Of a DNA stretch of 64,000 nt, positions 57,225 through 64,000 are shown in pieces. Position numbers and translations under genes: made by a program. How positions within the stretch are numbered: position 1 is the stretch's first letter; every line of letters starts with the position of its first letter. Source of the stretch: a virus (Duplodnaviria; Caudoviricetes); IMG/VR virus record IMGVR_UViG_2061766007_000924, positions 1 through 64,000 of that record; one strand, given 5' to 3'. The notes below the pieces were generated by a model. The model was given only the letters and a program-made list of their open reading frames with translations, was not told where the DNA came from and did no database searches.

Positions 57225-57895
57225 AATTGCTTGAGATTACAAGAGATGAAGACAGAGACATTATCTCAAGAATGAGACTGTGGAAAATGCCAGATGTCAC
57301 TGAACATCAAGCAAACATGATGCTTCATGCAATAGGCGCTGATAACAAAGGGTATAGGAGCTATCTTGGGGGCAAGTATTATCACGCATACAGGAATTAT
57401 TTTGACGCAGGTGGTACGGATGCTGAGGAATGGGATGACTTGGTAAAAAAGGGCTATGCAGAAAAGCGGAGAATGTACCATGTTACTGACTTGGGGCTGG
57501 ACTTGCTCGAAACGCTTACAGGAAAAAGCACAATTTACGGGAACTATCACAATTACGCAGACTGTAGAGGAGCTGTGCTGACAAGGTTTCTCAGCGCTGA
57601 TGTATATTGCGGCTACGGCTGCTGGTATCCAACGTCAGCAAAAACAGTCTCAGAAGTGCTGCATATTCCGTTGAAGCTTGTGCGCGATGCATGCAGGAGA
57701 CTTGTCGAAGAGGGGTTTCTTATTAAGGGGCACGAGGGCGGAATGGATGAAGATGGATGCATTCACTGCTATCACGGCTATTTCATAACGAAAAAAGCAA
57801 GAGGGCTTGACGAGTGGAAAGCGCTATATGATGAGGAAATGGAGTATATAAACAGGATGGGGAGAGAAGATGAGGCCAAACACGATTCATTATAA
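57221..57895 (+). CDS. Hypothetical protein, probably two winged-helix-like domains
   Basis: YRNYF...W..LV..GYA...YHVT..G and LV.EGF. Confidence 0.55.
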   Translation: MKLLEITRDEDRDIISRMRLWKMPDVTEHQANMMLHAIGADNKGYRSYLGGKYYHAYRNYFDAGGTDAEEWDDLVKKGYAEKRRMYHVTDLGLDLLETLTGKSTIYGNYHNYADCRGAVLTRFLSADVYCGYGCWYPTSAKTVSEVLHIPLKLVRDACRRLVEEGFLIKGHEGGMDEDGCIHCYHGYFITKKARGLDEWKALYDEEMEYINRMGREDEAKHDSL

Positions 57896-58088
57896 TGACT
57901 GTGGGAACTGCAAGCATTGGCACGAGTGGCCTAAAGGAAAGCAGAGGTGGAGTTTACATCTTGGAACTTGCGACAAAATAGCAAAAGGGACTGTATTTGA
58001 TGGGTCAACTTACGATGGGCACAGCTTTGAGGATGAGTGCTATGATGAGGCTTTTAACTGTTTTGAGCCGCTGGAGGATGGCGAATGA
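57870..58088 (+). CDS. Hypothetical Cys-rich protein
   Basis: CGNCKHW. Confidence 0.5.
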   Translation: MRPNTIHYNDCGNCKHWHEWPKGKQRWSLHLGTCDKIAKGTVFDGSTYDGHSFEDECYDEAFNCFEPLEDGE

Positions 58089-58300
58089 TCAAACTTACGA
58101 AGGAAGAGAAAGCTGCAAGGTATGATGCACTGCAAGCTGCGATAAAGCATACGATTGAATGCTACAAGAGACACATAGCGTATAACTACAAGAGATATGA
58201 GGAGCTTACAAGTGAGGGCGTGTTGGGGGCGTATAATTATGGAGTTGCAGATGGTTTCAAATCTGCCTTGGAGGATCTGGAGAGGTGGGCTGATTCGTGA
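58085..58300 (+). CDS. Hypothetical protein
   Basis: In operon. Confidence 0.5.
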   Translation: MIKLTKEEKAARYDALQAAIKHTIECYKRHIAYNYKRYEELTSEGVLGAYNYGVADGFKSALEDLERWADS

Positions 58301-58473
58301 CTGGGCGTGAGTTGATTGTGTGGATTTTAGAGAACGAGGCAGAAGACATGCAGTTTGAGGTGCAGTATCGTGACTATGGTGGGGATTATGAAGGAACGGA
58401 CAAGAAATTATATCTGCAAGAGGACATTGGAACAACAGACAGTGGATGGCAGTACGAGAGAATATTGCTGTAA
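58297..58473 (+). CDS. Hypothetical protein (58 aa)
   Basis: GTGA overlap; MTGRELI. Confidence 0.5.
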   Translation: MTGRELIVWILENEAEDMQFEVQYRDYGGDYEGTDKKLYLQEDIGTTDSGWQYERILL

Positions 58474-58486
58474 TGGAGGATGACGA

Positions 58487-58693
58487 ATGATCGGAATTGA
58501 GGCTACAACCTGCTATTGCTATCAGTGCGGGAAAGCGTTCAGGCCAGCGGTGAAGGATAAGTGGGAATTTCAGAGGAGCGTTCGCAAGTCGGAAAGAGTG
58601 AAGAATGAGACAAAGCGGTATTTTTGCAGCTGGAGATGCATGAGAGACTATGACAACAGGTTTTCGCCGCGCAGGGCTCTAAATTTTGACTAA
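58487..58693 (+). CDS. Zn-finger protein
   Basis: CYQCGKAF...YFCSWRC. Confidence 0.6.
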   Translation: MIGIEATTCYCYQCGKAFRPAVKDKWEFQRSVRKSERVKNETKRYFCSWRCMRDYDNRFSPRRALNFD

Positions 58694-58794
58694 GATTTGC
58701 TATATAGCAGATAGGAGGAACAAATGGAAATAGTTGCGGCTGTTGGAATTGTTGCACTCGTTGTAATTATATTTGGGCTTACAGGAGGACGGCA

Positions 58795-59022
58795 ATGATT
58801 GTTATTGAAGACAACGACTTTCCGGTAGATGCAGCAGCGAAGATCATAAAAGGCACAAGGCCAGCGGAGCTTAACGAGCTGCAAAAGAGAATGAGAGGAT
58901 ACCTGCTTCCAGAAAGCTTGAAGGACGATCAAACAATGGACATGTTTACAATCGAGGAAATCAGGGAAATAGCAGAGCATTTGATGGTTTACTACAATGC
59001 TCACAGCATGGATGGTGACTGA
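58795..59022 (+). CDS. Hypothetical protein
   Basis: AGGAGG RBS; EIAEHL.VY. Confidence 0.55.
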   Translation: MIVIEDNDFPVDAAAKIIKGTRPAELNELQKRMRGYLLPESLKDDQTMDMFTIEEIREIAEHLMVYYNAHSMDGD

Positions 59023-59023
59023 C

Positions 59024-59239
59024 ATGGACGATCAAATAGAAAGAATAGCTGCTTTTCTCAGGCAATATGTAGAGTATGATGGCGGATTATTGCTGCCAGC
59101 AGACAGAGAAGCTATCAAGGATGCAGTTTCACTGATGATTGAAAACAAAATTATGAGCGTTGATGAAATGCGGCGTGAAGCGCTCAGAGAATACAATGTA
59201 ATTATACCGTGGGATCTGTTTCCAAAGGAGAGTCAATAA
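59024..59239 (+). CDS. Hypothetical protein
   Basis: In operon. Confidence 0.5.
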   Translation: MDDQIERIAAFLRQYVEYDGGLLLPADREAIKDAVSLMIENKIMSVDEMRREALREYNVIIPWDLFPKESQ

Positions 59240-59577
59240 TGTCAAAGAACCAATATGCAAAGGCTTTACAGCAAGCGAGAAAGACAGTGAGCAATGACTA
59301 CGCAGAAATCAGAGGACAGATTGATTGCGATGGGGCTATGCTTGCCGCAAATGAAGTGTTCCAGATGGGGCCGGGAAGAGCAAGACAGTTCTATGAGGCG
59401 ATGGTACGGTACGTGAACGAGATTTCGGAGCTGTTTGTTGAAGATTCAAAGGGAGATGTAACATTGGAGTATGCGAAACATACTCTTGACAAACGCATAA
59501 TTGAAATCGTTGGAGAGGAAAATTTTGCTCCTTGGGATGTCAGGTATGGAAGACAGGTTTTCAAGAAAAGAGGTTAA
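59239..59577 (+). CDS. Hypothetical protein
   Basis: AAGGAG RBS; PW..RY. Confidence 0.6.
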   Translation: MSKNQYAKALQQARKTVSNDYAEIRGQIDCDGAMLAANEVFQMGPGRARQFYEAMVRYVNEISELFVEDSKGDVTLEYAKHTLDKRIIEIVGEENFAPWDVRYGRQVFKKRG

Positions 59578-59702
59578 TGACTTGATGCTGGAGCTTGCTT
59601 TGGCAAAGGCGGAAATATCAAGTCTGAGAGAACAAAGAGACAAATACAGAGAGTGGAGCAATTTTTGGAGATCAATAGCAGAAACAATGTGGAGGTTTTG
59701 CA

Positions 59703-60119
59703 ATGAAACTCAAGATAAAGCTTGATGAAAATGCCATAGCGCCCGTGCGGGAGCATGAGGATGATGCAGGGCTCGACCTTCGTAGCACGGAGACAAAATG
59801 GGTGCATCCCGGCACTCATGAATTCTTCGACACTGGAGTGCATGTAGCCATTGAAAAGGGCTACTATGGGCAGATTGCAAGCAAAAGTGGGTTGATGCTC
59901 AAGGGAATTACAACGCGAGGTGTAATAGACTCAGCTTACAGGGGGAGCATAGGGGTTGTTCTATACAATCACAGCGGCGAAGGATATCTTATTCACAAGG
60001 GAGATAAGATTGCTCAGTTGCTCATTGTCCCGATTGAGCTTCCTGAGATTGAGTATGTCAATGAGCTTGACGAAACAGACAGAGGCAACGGGGGTTTTGG
60101 GAGCACAGGTCGGCAATGA
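59703..60119 (+). CDS. dut: dUTPase (trimeric)
   Basis: DAGLDL, KSGL, GVIDSAYRG, KIAQL, RG.GGFGSTG. Confidence 0.95.
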   Translation: MKLKIKLDENAIAPVREHEDDAGLDLRSTETKWVHPGTHEFFDTGVHVAIEKGYYGQIASKSGLMLKGITTRGVIDSAYRGSIGVVLYNHSGEGYLIHKGDKIAQLLIVPIELPEIEYVNELDETDRGNGGFGSTGRQ

Positions 60120-60322
60120 CAAATTCAGAACTGAAAGATGCACTGATGGATGGAAGACCAGTCAGGTGCAACGGGATAGAATACAAGTGCGTAGACGCTA
60201 TTATATATAATAATGTAGGCGGCAGGATAGCTGTTGCTGCTGAACTGCTGGATAAGAACAGCAATTGCATTGTCAGAGTTCAGGCTGACAAGGTTCAAAA
60301 CTTGGAGGAACAGAATGATTAA
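60116..60322 (+). CDS. Hypothetical protein
   Basis: MTNSELKDAL; ATGA overlap. Confidence 0.6.
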   Translation: MTNSELKDALMDGRPVRCNGIEYKCVDAIIYNNVGGRIAVAAELLDKNSNCIVRVQADKVQNLEEQND

Positions 60323-60668
60323 AGACAGTGGAGAAAGAACAGAGTTCAGCACGGGAGCTCTTAGAGATATGCATGAGGGCAAGGGAAGATACGACCTTCT
60401 TCCTTGGGAAGCAATTTGGGAGGTATCAAAGCATTGTGAGAATGGGGCTATCAAATATGGGGAGCACAATGTAGATAAGGGCATTCCTGTTCATTCCCTG
60501 TTTGACAGCGGTATTAGGCATGCTGTGAAGTGGTGGCTTGGATGGAATGATGAGCCACACTTGGTCGCTGCATGCTGGAATCTTTTGTGGGCGTTGCAGA
60601 TGACAATTTGCAAGACCGAGATGGACGATAGACCGTGCGTAAAGGAGCATGATCAAAGTGCAGATTGA
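60315..60668 (+). CDS. dATP/dGTP diphosphohydrolase-like (DUF5664) protein
   Basis: FSTGALRD...KGRYDLLP, GAIKYG..N..KGI, SGIRH, HL.AACWN. Confidence 0.8.
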   Translation: MIKDSGERTEFSTGALRDMHEGKGRYDLLPWEAIWEVSKHCENGAIKYGEHNVDKGIPVHSLFDSGIRHAVKWWLGWNDEPHLVAACWNLLWALQMTICKTEMDDRPCVKEHDQSAD

Positions 60669-60849
60669 ACAGATTAACAGCAAGTGCGTAGCGTTCAAAA
60701 CTTTGACGGATCTTATGGTAGGACGCTACAGGGAGAGGCTTCTTGGGCAAGAGGTTGAGTCGGTAACTGCTGCTGAGAAGCTGCTTGATGCTGCTGAAAG
60801 AGTCGTGTCGTATATAATGGAGGTCACAGAAGATGAGGAATTGCATTAA
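60649..60849 (+). CDS. Hypothetical protein
   Basis: AAGGAG RBS. Confidence 0.5.
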   Translation: MIKVQIEQINSKCVAFKTLTDLMVGRYRERLLGQEVESVTAAEKLLDAAERVVSYIMEVTEDEELH

Positions 60850-61105
60850 CTGCGGTGCGCCTCTACGCGGGAGGAAATGTGATTATTGCGGCACTGAGTA
60901 TACAGAAGACGGAAATATTCAGGCTGAGTTCGATGCAAGAGATGGGATAGGCGTTGTGAATCTTATGGGTCAGAAATACACTTGCTATGTTGCAAAGATG
61001 GAGGCAGTTGGAATTGATGGCCCAAATTCAGGGCGAGACATGTATGGAAGGATGCATAGAGAGACTATATGTTACAAGCACAGATTTACTCTTGTGGAGG
61101 TGTAA
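60833..61105 (+). CDS. Zn-ribbon protein
   Basis: CINCGAP....CDYCGT. Confidence 0.6.
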   Translation: MRNCINCGAPLRGRKCDYCGTEYTEDGNIQAEFDARDGIGVVNLMGQKYTCYVAKMEAVGIDGPNSGRDMYGRMHRETICYKHRFTLVEV

Positions 61106-61106
61106 T

Positions 61107-61322
61107 GTGAAAGCAAACGAAATTTGCGTTGTGTTAAGTTCTGAAAAGGGCGTTGTGTGTGGATTTAGCAATAAAGAGATATATTCAATCCGAGTTGACG
61201 GAGGTGCGACAACTGTCGAAGCGGTAAAAGACGGGGTCAACTACAGGATGACAGTTCCCAATGAAAATGCTGAGTTCATAGACAAGTATGAATATGAGAG
61301 GCGAAGAAACACATGGAGATGA
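61107..61322 (+). CDS. Hypothetical protein
   Basis: GGAGGTG RBS before GTG. Confidence 0.5.
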   Translation: MKANEICVVLSSEKGVVCGFSNKEIYSIRVDGGATTVEAVKDGVNYRMTVPNENAEFIDKYEYERRRNTWR

Positions 61323-61690
61323 CACCAGTGAGCGCCGTCCACGTTCTCGGAGAGACATACAAAGTATTCAAGAAAGACTATAAAGACGATGAGGCTTTTG
61401 AGAGAAATCAGATAAGCGGATATTGTGATGGGCTACAAAAGATAATCGTCTTTTGCAACATGAACACATACAAAGACTGGGAGTATGAGCCGGAGGCGAC
61501 TAAGAGGGCTTGCGAAAAGCAGACGCTCAGGCACGAGATTGTACATGCTTTCTTTAACGAAAGTGGATTGGCGGAGTGCGCTCACGTATCAGAAGGATCA
61601 TTTGCAAAGGATGAGGAGCTTGTAGACTGGATAGCAAATCAAGGAGCTAAAATCTACAGGGCATGGGAAGAGGCCGGGTGCTTGCCTTGA
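61313..61690 (+). CDS. HExxH metallopeptidase-like phage protein
   Basis: GYCD, LRHEIVHAF.NESGL, EELVDWIA. Confidence 0.75.
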   Translation: MEMTPVSAVHVLGETYKVFKKDYKDDEAFERNQISGYCDGLQKIIVFCNMNTYKDWEYEPEATKRACEKQTLRHEIVHAFFNESGLAECAHVSEGSFAKDEELVDWIANQGAKIYRAWEEAGCLP

Positions 61691-61715
61691 CAGGTGGTGA
61701 AATGTTAACTATAAT
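61687..61715 (+). promoter_or_regulatory. Consensus sigmaA promoter for the HTH gene
   Basis: TTGACA-17nt-TATAAT. Confidence 0.8.
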
Positions 61716-61743
61716 GGCAACAGAGAGCAAAGGAGGGGCTAAG

Positions 61744-62001
61744 ATGAAAAACGACCCCTACACACAAGATGTGATAGAAGTCTTTGAGCAGATCATGGAG
61801 GGGTGCGAGACAAATTACTCCAAGACTGCTGCATTGATTGAGACAAACGGAAAGCCGATGTCCAGACAGGCTATTTTCAAGATGGTCAAGCAAGGCTCTA
61901 TGAAGCTGTCTGCATTTTTCAAAATCATGGATGCACTCAATGTGCAGGTGGTTTTCAAGAAGGGCGGAAAGATCATTTCTGCAAGGATGCCTAAGTTTTA
62001 A
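61744..62001 (+). CDS. XRE/Cro-like HTH regulator
   Basis: AGGAGG RBS; YSKTAAL...SRQAI...MKLSAFFKIMDAL. Confidence 0.7.
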   Translation: MKNDPYTQDVIEVFEQIMEGCETNYSKTAALIETNGKPMSRQAIFKMVKQGSMKLSAFFKIMDALNVQVVFKKGGKIISARMPKF

Positions 62002-62003
62002 TC

Positions 62004-62288
62004 GTGGTAGCCGTGGTAGCCAACTGTGGTAGCCAAACATACAAAAAGACGTATGAACTTATCCAAAGAAGTCAGAAGACGCATCCTAAGAAAACCGCAG
62101 AAAATCTAACATTTTTGAAGATACCAGATGCCAGCCTCATAGATGGCATTCAAGAGGTCAGCGGTTCGATCCCGCTTATCTCCACCAAGGGGTAAAAGGA
62201 CGGAAACGAAGGTTTTCGTCCTTTTTTTGTACTTTTTGGGCAATTTGGAGTAACGGCAAAATGGTCGTGGTAGCCAAAAAAGGTAGCC
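62004..62288. mobile_element. attP: attP: tRNA-Ala(GGC) 3'-half core (62143-62187) with integrase arm-type repeats on both sides
   Basis: ATGGCATTCAAGAGGTCAGCGGTTCGATCCCGCTTATCTCCACCA (anticodon loop to CCA); GTGGTAGCC at 62004, 62013, 62026, 62267 and GGTAGCC at 62282; next to the integrase. Confidence 0.85.
62194..62228 (+). terminator. Terminator supplied for the reconstituted tRNA
   Basis: AAAAGGACGGAAAC-GAAG-GTTTTCGTCCTTTT-TTT directly after the CCA. Confidence 0.75.
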
Positions 62289-62391
62289 AAACTTGATTTT
62301 TGAGGCTAATTTTTTCAAAAAGGGGCTATCTCCGAAGATAAGAAATGATATATAATGAAATCAGAAGCAAGCTGTCTGGAGGGTGTGTGGC

Positions 62392-63681
62392 ATGGCGGTT
62401 ATCAGGGAGAGAAAAGACAAGAATGGGGTTGTCACAGGGTACAAGGTCGTTGTTACTCTGGGACGGGATGACCACAACAAGAAAATCTATGTCTCAACCA
62501 CGATCCCAAGGCAAGAGGGTCTTACTCCTAAGAAAGAGGAAAAGGAGATCCACAGGCTTGCCGAGGAGTGGGAGCATGAGCAGAGGGAGCTGTTTGAGCA
62601 GAATAAGGATGCGCTAAAGGATAAGGCCAACAAGAAAAAAATCACTCTGAAAGAGTTTATAGATGAGATATGGTTTAAGAAGCATGTCAAGGATGGAACG
62701 CATACTCCAGAGACGATATCTTTCTACACCTACATGTCTCAGGACATAAAAAACTATTTTGGAGATAAAAAACTTGCCGACATAAGCAAGAATGACATAC
62801 TGGACTATCTCCTGTTCATGAGGACGGAGGCAAAGACGAAACAAGGGAAGCCGTATAGCAAAGCGACCATACAGCACCACTTCAACACGATCAGGAATAT
62901 TTTAGAGTATGCTGTTTACATTGAGTACAAAAAGGATAATCCTTGTCTGAGATTAAAGACGGCGGATAAGCCAAAAAGGGGAGAAGGAGAGATTGACTTC
63001 CTTGAAGAGGAAGAGGCCATAAACTTCATGAGCTGTCTGGAGTCAGAAAAGGAAATAGAGCACTGGAGGAAAAACAGGAGCAGCTATCTCAGGTGGAAAA
63101 CGATGGTCAACATCATGATAGTTACCGGGCTCCGCAGAGGCGAGATTGTTGGCTTGCAATGGGGGGACATAGATAAAAAGAACAACACGCTCAAGGTGTG
63201 CAGGAACGTAACGCCGGACACTTCTCACAAGGGAGAGAAAGAAAGCAAAGATAAGGTTCATGTTGGCGAAACGAAGGGGAAGAAGATCCGGCGAGTGCCA
63301 GTATCGAAATATCTCGTAGAGCTGCTTGATGAGTATAAAGAGGAGCAGGAGCAGAAATACAAAGAAATTGCAGATGACGATTACATCTTTTGCAGGGATG
63401 ATGACACAAAGCTTTCCATCTATCCAACTGTGCCTACGAGGATGATGAAGAATTTCATAAAGAGGCACGGGCTCCCGAATGTCAGTCCTCACGATTTAAG
63501 GCATACGGCGGCTTCGCTTGCTATTCAGAGTGGGGCTAACGTGAAGGAGATTCAGGCACTGATGGGGCACAAGGATGCTGCAACAACGCTCAAATTTTAT
63601 GCGGGTATCAGTGAGAAGGCTCAGAGGGACACAATAGATGGAATTGAAGGGATTTTGAGGAAAAGCAACGATGTCAAATAA
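62392..63681 (+). CDS. int: Tyrosine integrase
   Basis: TGLRRGE, HDLRHT, MGH, TL.FY catalytic motifs; N-terminal arm-binding and SAM-like domains. Confidence 0.95.
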   Translation: MAVIRERKDKNGVVTGYKVVVTLGRDDHNKKIYVSTTIPRQEGLTPKKEEKEIHRLAEEWEHEQRELFEQNKDALKDKANKKKITLKEFIDEIWFKKHVKDGTHTPETISFYTYMSQDIKNYFGDKKLADISKNDILDYLLFMRTEAKTKQGKPYSKATIQHHFNTIRNILEYAVYIEYKKDNPCLRLKTADKPKRGEGEIDFLEEEEAINFMSCLESEKEIEHWRKNRSSYLRWKTMVNIMIVTGLRRGEIVGLQWGDIDKKNNTLKVCRNVTPDTSHKGEKESKDKVHVGETKGKKIRRVPVSKYLVELLDEYKEEQEQKYKEIADDDYIFCRDDDTKLSIYPTVPTRMMKNFIKRHGLPNVSPHDLRHTAASLAIQSGANVKEIQALMGHKDAATTLKFYAGISEKAQRDTIDGIEGILRKSNDVK

Positions 63682-63707
63682 AGTCGGAATTTGCTATATG
63701 ATAAATA

Positions 63708-63736
63708 TTGACACGCTAAAAAGCAAATGATATTAT
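63708..63736 (+). promoter_or_regulatory. Promoter for the excisionase, with operator-like sites
   Basis: TTGACA-17nt-TATTAT with TG extension; ACGCTAAAAAGCAA in the spacer. Confidence 0.65.
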
Positions 63737-63768
63737 GGTGACAGTCATTTTGAACGGAGGGCTTACTT

Positions 63769-63945
63769 ATGGTTAAGCTGATGACTGTCAAGAACGTAGC
63801 GAAAGAATACGGGCTATCTGAGGATATGCTGCGTTCGTGGATCAAGCGCGGCGAATGTCCCGGATTTTACAACGGTAACAGGTTCATGATAAACGTGGAT
63901 CTTCTGGAGAAGAAAATCACGGAGATTTCCACAAAAAGACAATGA
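63769..63945 (+). CDS. xis: Excisionase (HTH_17/MerR-like)
   Basis: GGAGG RBS; LMTVKNVAKEYGLSEDMLRSWIKRGECPG...RFMIN. Confidence 0.8.
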   Translation: MVKLMTVKNVAKEYGLSEDMLRSWIKRGECPGFYNGNRFMINVDLLEKKITEISTKRQ

Positions 63946-64000
63946 GAGGGTCACAATTTGTGGCTCTCTCATTTGTGCGCTTTAAGGTATAATCAGTCTC

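Noticed and set aside
62110-62187. Complete tRNA-Ala gene
   Set aside because: Only the anticodon loop to CCA is present; upstream sequence cannot form the acceptor 5' strand or D-arm. Interpreted as the att core.
62004-62288. CRISPR-like or iteron repeats (GTGGTAGCC)
   Set aside because: Only 9 bp, no spacers of regular length, and they flank the att core: integrase arm sites.

Overview
The whole window is a 64-kb segment of a temperate tailed phage genome, probably a siphovirus with a Clostridia-like Firmicutes host. All credible genes are on the + strand. Gene order: ParB-DNA methyltransferase / GNAT / terminase small and large subunits; a greatly expanded head module (DUF1073-type portal, short MuF, DUF2213-type protease-scaffold, DUF2184-type major capsid); neck, tail tube, tape measure and tail fibres; lysis genes; a BppU-like fibre; about 45 small early/middle genes (YodL-like, tyrosine-phosphatase-like, dCMP deaminase, dUTPase, DUF5664-like); then an intact attP (3' half of tRNA-Ala(GGC) flanked by arm repeats), tyrosine integrase and excisionase. 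The standout feature is 4.6-22.2 kb. Seven non-MuF proteins are interleaved among the head genes. Six share a basic leader ([YF][RK]xRRxxRL..RxD[AGD]) and the seventh keeps only the RxDA site. Each carries one of two small conserved adaptor domains, and six end in different toxin-like C-termini: ART-fold x2, RelA/SpoT alarmone synthetase, papain-like peptidase, HExxH metallopeptidase x2, and one unknown domain. Each toxin-bearing gene is followed by one or two small candidate immunity genes, several with their own promoter and/or terminator. A similar helix and RxD sites recur in the scaffold, portal, MuF and capsid proteins. My inference is a capsid-loaded, protease-matured polymorphic effector arsenal that does not use MuF fusion. 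Family assignments come from motif recognition by eye; no database searches were run.
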